Source of the DNA: Paraphysomonas bandaiensis
Taxonomy: Eukaryota; Protista; Chrysophyceae
Direction: 5' to 3'
Length of the DNA stretch: 64,000 nt
Assembly (NCBI GenBank): GCA_965644295.1
Contig: CBFFRP010000097.1
Coordinates: forward strand, 1-64,000
The translations under genes and the position numbers were made by a program. Under the pieces are notes generated by a model. The model searched no databases. It saw only the letters and a list, made by a program, of their open reading frames with translations, and was not told the DNA's origin. This document shows, piece after piece, positions 13,013 to 25,386 of this stretch. Each line of letters begins with the position of its first letter. Positions within the stretch are counted from its first letter, which is position 1.

Positions 13013-14559
13013 TTATCGGCATGCTTTGTATCATAAATGCCTGATATATTGAGACAACAATTATGTGTATTTCAGCCGTAGTTGTAGTACAGTAATGTAG
13101 AGTATGTTTGCTTCAATTTATTTTCGAAAAGTAGATGCATACATACATACATACACATTGATGGTATCTTGCACCGATGATTCTCCTGTTGATTATATCT
13201 ATTATGTCATTGTAGAGCAAGTGTGTATTCCAGCGTACATCGAATGGTAACGAATCATATACTCCTATGTTCGATGTATGTTAGATGTACAATGACATTA
13301 CTGGAATTGTAGATATGTCGTGTGGTATGTGTAACTCTACATATTATTTTAGTTTGGTGATTAGATCATAGATTTAAAATAATATCGATCATGATGCTTA
13401 TATTTCTACCCAATAGTGTAATCAGAATCTGTCGCAGCTGAAATGAGTCACAGCTCACAATGAAGAAGTTTTATTCTTTTTAGTCGTGTCTGTACAGAGC
13501 GAGTATTAGAACGAGATGAGAGTTAGATTTATATTTCAACTTTCTTGTGTTTACAACTGAAAAATAAGTTCAATATAGTACGCTATATTTAAACTGCAAT
13601 GACCAAGATCTAATTTTATCCAGTGACATGAGCGCAAATCAACATACCAATATACTCTACAAAGTTAAACATCTTCAATTTTAAACTTTTATACTCTTTG
13701 ATTTTCCTAATACCAGATAATAGCTGCACTAGTTGAATGTTGCTAATTTGAGCCATATTAGATGCAAAATCATAAACTTTACTTGAAGAATACAGTAGTG
13801 GAAAATAGTTACTAATATGAATTATGTGAATGAAACTAAAATATATTGAGCAAAAATATATAATTATAGTTAGCAAAGTGAGAACGTTAGTATAGCGTAT
13901 ATACTATATCCGATATAATATCGATATAGTATTAATTTACGCTTTTAGTTAGTGCGATTGGCTTTACCAAACTTCAAGTACGCACGTAGGAGTTGGTTGT
14001 AGTTCAATATATAGGGCGGGGCTAGGGGAACATTATATTGTATTGAAATAGGTAATAGTATAATTAGACTATTTTAAAAATTGTTACAATATTATTGATT
14101 AAACGTTATTTAACAATAATATTGCAACGTATTGTTCTCTAGCTCTGAATAAAACGGGCGATAATAAATTATGAGAAATAAAAGCCGTTATTTTAGTTAA
14201 TTGGTAATTGATTATTGAGAGAGTTTAAGGTTAAGATATAAGGCACTCACTCTTAGTGCTAATAAGAAGTTCTGTTAGTACATTGTCTCAAAATCATTCT
14301 TTGTCATCGATATGGTTTTTCAATTATATTTACTAACGACATGAAAATCAAGCATTTCTCTATGTAGCAACGACATACTTACATTGCTTATACACCAAAA
14401 ACACTCTCATACGGACCCTTTGACAAACCATCAAAGCATATTTACGCTTTACGTAATTCTTGAATAAATTTATTACCACCATAACCCTTAATTTTACCGG
14501 CAAATCTACACTATGCCTTAACAATGCAACACAACGGCTATTCAACTCGATACGACGAA

Positions 14560-15638
14560 TCAGATGATTGCGCTCAGAAAGCCAAATTTGTAGAGAGCAA
14601 TAACAGCTGGTGGATGCAGGATCATTATCAACAACATGGCTTGAATGTATTGCTCCTGGCTGCGCGCAGCCTCCAAGTTCTCAAATCCGATTCGGTCGAG
14701 CTCAGCAACCACATCGGGAGATCTAGAGTGTTTCAGAGCTTCGACCTTCTCCTGGCGCACTGCTTCAGCTTTTTCCTGAATTGCACGCTCCTTCGCATCT
14801 TGAATATACTTTTTCGCTTCTGAGTAAGTGCTCTGCAAGAGGGAGACTGTACTCTCCCCCACAGGAACATCCTCGTCGAGATGAAGAATAGATGTGGCCA
14901 CTGAGTCCATAAAATCCTCATCGTTAGAGTGTATTACACAAGTAGTTGATGACTCCGAAATGAAGGTCTTAAGGTCTTCCACGTCATCATGGGAGAGTCC
15001 AGTCGTATCATCTGTAGGGTGATCAAAGAGAATGATGTCCGGTTTCTGTAGAAGCACAGCGGCCATCTGAACTCGAGCCTGTTGGGAAAGAGATAAGGCG
15101 CTGATCGTCCGGGCTGGACGAACATCTGATAACTTTACGCTACGAAGCACCTAGAATTCATTATTATAAGGGTATATATAATGCTTGCATATAATGCTAC
15201 TGTACGTTTTCAATTACAGATTTATTCGCTGCAGATGGGCCAGGCAGGTTTTTCATGAGAAAGGAGCTTATAGTAGACATTGCATCATTGCTGGGAATTG
15301 CAGATTGGTAAAGAAGTACTTTATTTCCTTCAAGAAATTTAATATCTCCGCGTGTAGGATAAATACTTCCTTTTAATATGTTCATAATGGTTGATTTTCC
15401 TGTAGAGTAATAGAAGCGCCGATATTATAAACAGGAATATGTCGAATATAAATGACTAACCTTCTTCACTACTACCCATCAATGCAACCTTATCTCCCTT
15501 CTCAACACGAAACGATACATTGTTTAACACATCATTCCCTTCCACTGTAACACGATTAAAACTGAAGGAGCTCATTGCTCTGGTTTTAAAATGAGATAAG
15601 TGTGATGTGGATGCAGCAATTCTCCTCAACCCAAGCAT
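14560..15638 (-). CDS. Single-NBD ABCF-like protein with degenerate ATPase motifs, putative mitochondrial presequence and C-terminal hydrophobic segment (exons 15638-15461, 15399-15206, 15150-14560)
   Basis: VLNNVSFRVEKGDKVALMGSSEE|GKST, Q-loop LLYQ, signature LSLSQQARVQMA, Walker B IILFDHPT, H-loop HSND. In-frame GT-AG introns. Confidence 0.8.
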
Positions 15639-16382
15639 CTTATATTTAGTTGAGTGGCTCTAGTTGTAATATAAAAAATAGCCTCCTGGGGTGCTATGGC
15701 TGTTGTGTAGGAAATGGAGGGAACTTGCTCCAGGGGTATGCAAGTGGCGAGGTTAATATATATATATATGTACACATGTATGTATGCAGCAGTATGTACA
15801 TGTATGTAGCAGTGTGTATATGCAGTACTCTTCTCTGTATGCATACTGTACCACTGGTATCTAGAGTATCGGTATACAGTGTATACATCTGCTGTACAGT
15901 GGAACTGCTAATGTACCAACAAGTATCAAGAATTCCACACTTTCAACAACCCTTCATACAAAACCCACACTTTGAATCATAAATATCCTCAATTTATGTA
16001 CAAAGAAGCAAAAATCTCTGAAAATCACATATATTTTATAATGAATAGAAAACTCAAGCTACGAGAAAGAATAGTTTCTTTTTTTCTATTTGTTGGTTGC
16101 TGTTGAGTCCCAACATGTGCAAGATGCAATCTGACAATACACACATTTATATGCATATAACATTATCAAACAAGATTCTTTTCTGACTTCTAGATTGATT
16201 TGGACTTGGATTGTTGATTTCTTTTATATTGGTTTGAGAATTTTGCATTTACTTGGCCGATAGTTGAATTATGGTGCTGTTGGCTTTGTTTGGATCGTTA
16301 CATAGAACGAGTGAACGTTGAGCCCGTGAATGCTCCTTGTTGAAGGAATGAACTATGCTGTTTGCTACATACCGGAAAGATA

Positions 16383-18698
16383 ATGACTCGTGAAGTGTGT
16401 GATAAGTCCACAGTGCAACAGGCGCAGGTGTACGGCGTGCTGAACAAACACTGTCCTTATGTTGGTTTTTTTCACTATTCACCGGTGCAGTCGCGCAATT
16501 TGAATTTATTTTTTGCGGATAACGTCATTTCTATGGAAGAAGTAGAACGCAGAAGGAGAATAAAGCTGCATCCGTATACTGGCAACTTTCATTTCGCACC
16601 TGGTAAATACAGTGACCTGCATGGTTTGGAGAAGTATCGTATCACCTCCCCCACCAAAAATAATGATGAATTTGATGAATTTGATAACTCCGACGATTTC
16701 TACAGGAAAATAGAATTGCGCTACAGAGGATTAGTAGATGGGCGTATAACATTTGGTAAAACCCGGTCATTTGATGACTCATCAATAATTGCAAAGAGAA
16801 CTTTAATGCGGTGGTCCAGTGATATCACCCTACCCAACAGCAACAGTGCCCCTGTAAGGGATGAGCTAGATCCGCTGGATGTCGCACTTAGCGATCGTAT
16901 GTTGAATCTCCGCAAGTATGGGCGTCTGAATGGCCCTGTCCATCGTGACTCAGATCCAACTCCTCTCACACTGACTTCAAAGGCCAAGAGGTTCAGGCGT
17001 GCAAAATTGAGATATTCTGGAGGTATTAAAACTCGACACTGGCAGCCAGACAGCCCTGAGAAATGTGATAAGTCCCCTCAGCGACGGAAACGAGTTTCAC
17101 CTCCTTTGCCTCCACAGAGCGATTTGCCAGCGCAGCCGTTGCAGCTCACTGAACCGAAAGGTTCATGGCAGGTGCATGGAGAAGAAGGTGCTAAGGGTTT
17201 CGCCTGCATCAACGGCAACAAATCCTCCCGACCTGCCGGCCCTCCTCAGGCACTCACAGAAAAGTACGAATTGCACCCTGATAAACGTCTTGGAGAGGGG
17301 TCGTATGCTGTTGTGCTTCTAGCCACGTGCAAAAAATCTGGGTCATTTGTGGCTGTTAAGATAATAAGTAAAAGTGCTGAAGGTTCTCCAGAAGAAGAAG
17401 CCAGAATTCAGCGAGAGATTGACCACCAGTCGCGACTATGGCATCACAACGTTGTGGCTATCAAGGACGTGTATGAGTCATCAGGAAGCGTCTATATGGT
17501 TCTTGACTATTGCCCCGGTGGTAACCTTGAGCAAATGCTTCAGTTACGTCGGCGTCTTGACGAAGAGGAGACACGGTTTATCGCCTATCAGCTTCTCTCT
17601 GGGCTGACCTACATTCATGATAACGGTGTTCTTCACGGAGATCTCAAACCAGGGAACATTATGTTCACCCCGCCAAGTGCCGCGACTCTAGAATCGAATG
17701 ATGCGGCGTGGAACAGAGTGGATTTGTTGTTCGAGAAGAAGAGGCGGGAGGGTACACTCACTATTACCTTGAACCAAGCACCAGTAGTGGACTATGATGC
17801 GGTAATGCGCAGCGAAGCGCAGACAGGGCAGGAAAGTGGGATAGGAGAGGGTAGTGTAATCGCAGATGCAAAGTCAGCATATCTGAGGGAACGCCTCGTT
17901 CATGGGACCGATATCCATAGCATAGGGGGTTCACCAGTGAAGGCAAGGAGGGGATCTGCTGGCAACGTAGAAGCGTCGATGGGTGGTGGGGCGCAAGGGT
18001 TTGCATCTGCTGCGCATCGGAATGATATGCGGAAGAAGAAAAGAAACCGTCCTGCTACTGTCACCCCTACCTCATCAAGTGAAGATTCTCTACTGACGGA
18101 CCAGAGTTCTGAGTGCGGTGATGTATCTGGACATGATCAGACAGATGAACTTCAGGGAGGACGAGGCAGGTCCGAAAGCGGACGGGGCATAGAGGTTGAC
18201 GAAAGATATCAGGGCCACATTCGGTATAAGTGTCCTTACGGGATGCTCGTACGTATATGTGATTTCGGGCTGAGCCAGAAGATTCCGGATGTGAAGCATT
18301 TTAAGCATACAGGCGACGTGCGAAAAGCTCCATACACGCCTGGGGGCACAGAGGGATACCTTGCGCCAGAGATTATGGCACATAAGCCTTACGGTCTTCC
18401 CGCAGATCTTTGGGCAATAGGCATCGTTCTTTACAAGTGTCTATCGGGAAATCTACCTTTCTTGCCACCCTCTGCCTGTTTGGAGCGGGACGTGAAATTC
18501 AACGGCCCGACATGGCGGAAGGTCAGTCAGCCATGTAAGGACCTGATTACATCCCTGCTTACTGCGGATGAAAATGTGAGACCCTCCGCAAAGCAATGCT
18601 TAAACCATCCATGGTTCGCAGACTTTCTGATTATATCGGATGGAATTATACCTGAGATTAGTAGTCCCACCGATCGCGATGCAAGGCTGTGTATCTAA
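16383..18698 (+). CDS. Ser/Thr protein kinase (CAMK-like) with long N-terminus and ~190-aa insert in the catalytic domain
   Basis: LGEGSYAVV, VAVKII, REI, HGDLKPGN, DFG, GTEGYLAPE, DLWAIG, RPSAKQCLNHPW. Single ORF; first ATG at 16383. Confidence 0.9.
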   Translation: MTREVCDKSTVQQAQVYGVLNKHCPYVGFFHYSPVQSRNLNLFFADNVISMEEVERRRRIKLHPYTGNFHFAPGKYSDLHGLEKYRITSPTKNNDEFDEFDNSDDFYRKIELRYRGLVDGRITFGKTRSFDDSSIIAKRTLMRWSSDITLPNSNSAPVRDELDPLDVALSDRMLNLRKYGRLNGPVHRDSDPTPLTLTSKAKRFRRAKLRYSGGIKTRHWQPDSPEKCDKSPQRRKRVSPPLPPQSDLPAQPLQLTEPKGSWQVHGEEGAKGFACINGNKSSRPAGPPQALTEKYELHPDKRLGEGSYAVVLLATCKKSGSFVAVKIISKSAEGSPEEEARIQREIDHQSRLWHHNVVAIKDVYESSGSVYMVLDYCPGGNLEQMLQLRRRLDEEETRFIAYQLLSGLTYIHDNGVLHGDLKPGNIMFTPPSAATLESNDAAWNRVDLLFEKKRREGTLTITLNQAPVVDYDAVMRSEAQTGQESGIGEGSVIADAKSAYLRERLVHGTDIHSIGGSPVKARRGSAGNVEASMGGGAQGFASAAHRNDMRKKKRNRPATVTPTSSSEDSLLTDQSSECGDVSGHDQTDELQGGRGRSESGRGIEVDERYQGHIRYKCPYGMLVRICDFGLSQKIPDVKHFKHTGDVRKAPYTPGGTEGYLAPEIMAHKPYGLPADLWAIGIVLYKCLSGNLPFLPPSACLERDVKFNGPTWRKVSQPCKDLITSLLTADENVRPSAKQCLNHPWFADFLIISDGIIPEISSPTDRDARLCI

Positions 18699-19043
18699 AT
18701 TTTACAAATAGCACAGTAGAGTATTAATAAAATTAGAGAGAGTTGTAGATCTAACGTAGAAGTACTGCGCACAAGGCCTGTAATGGTGAACGAAAGATCA
18801 CTGTTTCGTTGTTCTATTTTGCTGTTGCAGATTCTCTGTTAAATAATAAATTACTCGGTAGTCCATTCGAATCGACTGATTTTGATCCGTTATTTGATGT
18901 TGAGTTATTGGCACTAAATATGATATATCTGTGTAATCAGTAATTAGATCAGCTACTCACGAATGTTGGAAATTTGAAGCAATAATATTAAATACATTTC
19001 CGATCATGTACTTTGCCATCATAGTGATATTATTTTAATTGTA

Positions 19044-19245
19044 GTGGTGGTAGTGGTAGACTTAGATCACTGCTTTCCCCTACATAGACATCTATGAATA
19101 TAGCAAGAATAGATTAAAGAGTAGGATATCAGAGTTTGCACTAGCAAGTAAATGATAAATATGATAGATGCTTATCTCTAGCTTGACTTGTTGTTTGTTC
19201 ATCTAGGTACTAATCTGGTTCTAAGTAAATAGACTTTTACTACTC
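19044..19245. repeat. Dispersed repeat, family B (copy 2)
   Basis: Collinear with 11523-11811. Confidence 0.75.
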
Positions 19246-19469
19246 ACTAAATTGTGGGCAAGGTTTCTACAACAAAATTAGTATTTAAAACAAGGTATTT
19301 AAAGCTAGGCTGAACTATATTTCCCATAGGCAAGTGAAAAATTGAGTACCGAATATCCTGTGCATCACAGAACCGCTGTCGATAACATCATATCCGTATT
19401 AAAAGGACATGAGAAGTATTATATTATCTCAGCATATATATCAAAAATCCACAGTAAAATGTCATTCTC

Positions 19470-19651
19470 CAGGCTTGCGTAACCATTAATGGTAATTGCC
19501 ATTTATGGCCATTAATGGCCTTCCCCCATAAAATGGAAAAAAAACAATATTAAAGCAATAGTAATCAAACCATAAATGGTCCATTAATGGCCATAAAAAT
19601 AGGGGAAGCAATGCGTCGCCATTAATGGCCATTAATGGTTACGCAAGCCTG
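19470..19651. mobile_element. hAT-type MITE (182 bp)
   Basis: Perfect 23-bp terminal inverted repeats CAGGCTTGCGTAACCATTAATGG, perfect 8-bp TSD TCATTCTC (19462-19469 and 19652-19659), internal CCATTAATGG subterminal palindromes. Confidence 0.92.
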
Positions 19652-19863
19652 TCATTCTCAGCAAAGTTTACCGTCTATACCTCACATATATTGTACATAC
19701 TACCCAAATAGTTCAGTGTGGCAAAGGTCAACTGATATACTCATTGACTTATAAACTATAGAATGGCAACTCAAAACATACAAGAAACGCATATAATATC
19801 GTCAAAATTAAGTACTTTGCTATCAAACAACTTCATTTTTGACAGACAACTGACAAAGCACCA

Positions 19864-22136
19864 CTATTTAATACCTACAAGTGACCACACTCGAAACGCA
19901 TTGTCTGAACCGTAAGTTAAAAGTGAAGCTTTGGAATCTAAAAATAACGCCCCATAGACTTTTTCAGAGTTGGCACGAGCCTCTAAAACTTTCCAACTCG
20001 ACAGAATCATAGCACTATCATCATTTGCGCAATCAAGTTCTTTATTGATAGATGATATATCATACAGAAAAACCTAGATACAATAAATTAAACCCTGAGA
20101 TAACATTACCATAGAGTTATATTACCTGTCCTGTGTTGCTACCAGTTGCTAAAATTAAAGAATTGTTCCATTCATTAGCCTTGAGCTGGGCTTTGGGAGG
20201 TGGCATGCCTACCACAGAAGCCAAAAGCTCATCTGCATCACCGTCTTTCTTGCCCTTATCCCGCAGGAGTCGAGCACTTACTATTCCTGCTGCCATACTA
20301 AGGTTACCTTCTCCATCCGAGTATCCCCCACTACCATCATCATCATCATCATTGTCATCGTCATCATCATCTTCTCGCTCCTCCTCCCCATGAGCACTTG
20401 CACTTGTTATGGACACAATGGCATCGTCTTCGTCAGATCCACGGCCAACTCGACGCCCAGTTCGCCCATCCACACTACCAACACTGCTCTCAATACTTGC
20501 ATCATCTCCAACAGCACGTGGGAGTGGGGACACAGAGCCTAAGAACATTTGCTTGAGTTTATCACAACCTACTATAGGTTTAGGACTTACTCTGGGATGA
20601 TGGTAAACCTTTCGCTTTTACCCTTTGAGTGACGACCCCAGAGGAAGAACTTTTCAGACCTCCCATACTACCCGGTCCTCGACCAGAAGCATCCCTTGAA
20701 CCGGGGCCATACGGGGCAAATGGAGTTGGTCTCGATGCTCGAGGAACATGTAAGGAATAGTCGTTTCCCCGTAAAAAACTCATTCGTATCGGCCACTGTC
20801 CAGATGAGGAGTGACCTCGTAGCAGGCGCAAAGGCAGTAAAAACCCTGTCTCTGGCTCCGAATCCGGCCAATCTTCCATAACTTCATAAAGACGGATAGT
20901 ATCATCTGAGCACTGCGCTGCTAAAATGAGAGACTGCGGTCCGTGTCGTATACTAGGTTTACGGGATTGAACTTTTCGGGCACCACTTGATGCTCCCGCA
21001 GAAGCTGTGTGCATCTCATCAATAGACCGTCCACATAGCTGCACAATACATACATATCAGTTTTGACAAATACACCAAATGAAACATACTTGTAGAGAGA
21101 GAATTCGTACTTGTGCTCTCTCGTCCTCTAAACTTTGGCGACACACCACTACAGGGGGCTGGCTTTCTCCAACCTCTCCAGCCACTATCTCATACCAAGT
21201 GACTACGCCAGCTGCATCACCAACTAGTAGCGAAGACCCAGAGACACCCCACGTCACAACAGCAGTGGGTACAGCAGTATGACGATGAAACACTGCCTGG
21301 CTGGTGTGTCCGACTGAAGCCATGACGGGATCGAGGGTATGGGTTTCTGTATCTCCTCCTTCCACACGAGCAGGAGCGGCTGGGCGACCTACGATGTACA
21401 GATACGCCGCAGATGTAGTAGCAACCGCACAACCACTAGAATGATAACAGTAAAACAAAAACATACTTGATCGAAATTATTAGTACCTGGTGTACACGAG
21501 ACTTGGGGGACAGCAAATAAGACCTGTGCCAAAGGCTTTTAGCCGAACAACGCAGAGACATACACAGAGATCGGTATCCCACACCCGAACGGTTTTGTCA
21601 AAAGATGATGAGTATAGAAGTGGTCGCTGAGACCATTCTTTTGAAGGAGCACTGGAGTTAGATTGAGGGGTGTCCAAGCTCCACGCAACACCTGTAACTA
21701 AACGCGCGTGTCCGGTTAGACTGGCGACCTGCTTATACGGAAAAGATCCCTCCCATATATATATATTGCGGTCAAAACTCCCTGACGCGATCCATTTACC
21801 ATCCCGCGTGATATCCACTGCATACACAGCCCCAGTGTGTCCTCTTATATCCGTCTCATACACTACTTCTCTATTATCATCTCCAGAGGGCATCACACTC
21901 TGCTGTCCACTCATTTCTCTCCCTTCATGTGATGTATCGATAGGTTTCCAATGATCTAATCGATCTAAACGAAAGAGATTATATGGAGTTTGTTGAGATA
22001 GCTGATAGCTGAGCTCATATACGCATCTTCTTAAGTCCTGATTCTCTTTTTCGAGTTGATCGAATCGATGCTGCAGATCGTCTCTTTCTTTTATAACAGT
22101 TTGATATTGCATACGCAGCCATACTTCTGAGTTCAT
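19864..22136 (-). CDS. WD40-repeat protein with N-terminal coiled coil and acidic insert (multi-exon)
   Basis: GHTGAVYAVDITRDGKWIASGSFDRNIYIW, GHARLVTGVAWS, SSSFDKTVRVWD. Last exon ends LLTYGSDNAFRVWSLVGIK*. Confidence 0.85.
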
Positions 22137-22567
22137 TGGATGTAATGGGTGGGGTTTACATGTGATGGTTAAGGTGTATGGATGTGTGTATGTGTTGAGA
22201 GGATTGGAGGGGGGGGCTGCTGCTGTACAGTGTAGTGCGACTGCAGTGGAGTGTGTACATGCATCATACTATCATCCTGAATGTTGTATACTGTGTACAC
22301 GTAGACCAGTACATAGCACATCTACAGTACAGTAGCATATCTAGATATACCCCGTACATGTATGTATTGTATATCGAAGTAGAGTACAGAGTATACAGAG
22401 TACTCCCGGTACTCCTGCACTTCCAGGCATGCGTGTGTGTGAGCATATGCATGTATATACATACACATACACTATCGTAGCACTGAGCTGTCTATAGTAC
22501 ACTGCATCAGATGCATAGATAGACTTCATCATCCCTAAACAACCCCTCGTTAAACCACCAACCCCCC

Positions 22568-24641
22568 ATGTATCTCTCCCTCTCCCTCTCCTCTCTCCTC
22601 ATCACAGTGTTCCTCTCCTCTTCTTATAATCATATCAACGCGAAGGAGTTCAGAGACTTATCTCTACACGACATCAACAAGCTCCTGTATAAACTACAGG
22701 GACCTCATGCAGCCATACACAATACACATGAAGCACTTCATATTCACTTAGTGAGTCATTTACTTCAATCCGTTAATAACTTGTAATACATGTATGTATA
22801 TGTGTATAGAAGCACACTGTGTGCGTCCCTCTTATGATGCGTATAACTCATATACAATCACTCGATACATACACCACTCAACGACCTCAGATAGTGGTGA
22901 GTGGAGAAATTCATGGTGATGAGAGAGTGGTAAGTAACGTCAATCTTTCGATGATATTATGTGTGATTTACGAAGGTATATGTAGGGACCATCTGCATCA
23001 GTGTTTGCTGGACAGTTGTTAGTTTGGGCAGCAGATTGCGTATTAAACGATGACAAAACAGCATGTGATAGGCTTATTTCCATTCACGTGAGTAGTAAGC
23101 AAATGACCTGGCTTGCCTTTCTCTCCACTCGTCGTGATACTTTTATTCTCCCCACCCCGAACTGTGATGGCTACAATCGCGGTGTACGCACAGATGGCGG
23201 TGAGCAACACCAATGATATACATATTCCTAACCTATGATGGCAGGGGTAGATCCGAATCGTGACTTTCCATACAGTCGTAAAGATGGGAATTGTCTACGT
23301 TCGAACACAGCCAAACTGTTCGATGCTCTCTTCCGGGAGGTGACTGTCCAAATTCTGGTCACATTCCATGGTGGAATGGCTGCGATAGGATACGAGTGGG
23401 GCACTCACGAACACCCTAGAGGCCATGATGCATCCCCAGACAACGATGCACATCATCAGATTGGCGCTGCTATGTCTCAGGTGGCAGGTGGATTCCGTAA
23501 AGAACGCCCGTATCGTTCTGCTCCTATAAACAGCATTGTGTATCCGGTTTATGGAGGAATGGAGGATTGGGCATATGCTGCTGGGTGGAATGCGGAGCTA
23601 CTGCACTTGTGTAGCGGTGAGAAGCCTGATCGTACCCCACCTCCGAACAGAGCTATAACATTCTTGGTTGAGACTTCAGATAGGAAAAAACCCCTGTCTT
23701 CGGAACTGGGGCATGACACAGACGTCCTCTTAAATACACACGGGAGTAACGATCGCTACGGTGGGCATGTGCCCCGAAATACCCGTCTGGTACTGAGCGC
23801 GGTGGACCTGGTGCGCCCATACGTTTGCTTGGATTCGAGTTCGCCTATTCTCAACGACGCTTCCCTCAGGAATAAGCAAAACGCCGGTGTGCATTGGTAT
23901 GTTGGGGGTGGCTTCAAGGTGCACCGAACGTGGCTATCTTGGCATCGATTCAACCATTCCATTGGTGCTCTTCCGGCCTCTGCTTGGGAAGGGGTCGTGG
24001 AAAATATGCCTCCACCATCTCCTCCTAGTCAGCCTCACGAACAGTGGTTGACAGGGCACGCGGAGGAACATCGAATGTCACATGGTTTGCATGCCTCTGG
24101 GTACCTCACTGGGGCGGCTCGTTGGTCGTGGGACAATCCTCTGGCGCCGTCACCATTGGAAAAGGATTTGTTTACTATCTCGTCACTTTATCTTCCTCCA
24201 TTGCGCAGTTTACACCCCATAGATCGAGATCGACTGAGGAGACACTCTGCACGTGGCGGAGGAGAGGGCCCCACTGTGGAGGCAGAGTTCATGTTGGTTG
24301 CATGGGCTGAAGTGGATAGTAGTTGGGGTAGGCCAGGACAGGGACACCCAGCGATGATAAAAAATAGGCGGTTAAGAGGTTTAGAATCGAATTCAAATAC
24401 TAGTATACCTCTGCCTCCCCAGACTCACCTATCGAATGCTCGCGCGAATCCGGATTGGCGAGTCGTGAATCAAAGAGGAGATGTTAAGGTTCAGGGTAGG
24501 CAGTATTTTCCGTCGGACCCGCTTATAGTAAAAGTGCAGTACTCTATTTTTGGTGACCGTATAGTATCCTCTGTGGGAGATGTAAAATCGTATGTAACGG
24601 AATGTGCGTGGTGGATGCGGAAACCGTTTGAGACGTACTAA
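22568..24641 (+). CDS. Secreted zinc carboxypeptidase (M14 family), multi-exon
   Basis: Signal peptide; GEIHGDERV (HxxE), GVDPNRDFPY, TFHGG, VYPVYGGMEDWAY, FLVET. Confidence 0.88.
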
Positions 24642-25386
24642 ACAGTTTGATAGATTTTTATTCTAGTTTTGTATGTTTGTATTGGCTTAATTGATGTACT
24701 CTAACTAGATCTATGGTTGTATTCACTTGCTTGACTGCATATATAAACAGTACTATATTATATGTGTTGTTACGCTCTTTACGCGAGCTCTTCTTGATAA
24801 AAACTTTGAATATATGTGTATTGAGTATTTACTAGTTTTAAATATTTTATGTGTATCATTTTTACTGTACTAACTGTACCCCACTTCATCAATTTACAAA
24901 ATTCGAAATAATGTCAACATGCCAACTACATACAAAATACAATCATAGTTCTATGTTTTATACAAAAGTAGAAGTTTTACCCAAGTAAAACATAATGATT
25001 ACCACAATTATTATATATCTAATGCGTCACATTGCAGCACGTATACTTCTCATCATATCGTCACTTACTAATTATGACGCTAGAAATAATGAATGTTCTT
25101 ACCAAAGTTGTGACAACGTCAAGTGCATATGATAGCACCACGGTCACAATTGTAGTACCCAAAAAAAATAAGAGAATTATACCGCTACAATGTCTAAAAC
25201 ACCTAAACAATCACATAAAAATTGTGTACTTAGAGGGGTACGATTTACACTGTGTTCATCAGACACAGGTTGAAAAAAGAAATGCTGTGTACATACCGTT
25301 GCGAAAACAGTCATCGCAACAGTTGTTACCAGATTCGGAGAATAGTTTTTCTGTTATCACTTCAAGGAGCTTATATAGAATAGTTC

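Noticed and set aside
12677-13052. ORFs with HTYI/MYVC repeats
   Set aside because: Translations of the (TACA)n microsatellite; the same applies to the repeat-spanning ORFs within 49044-49863.
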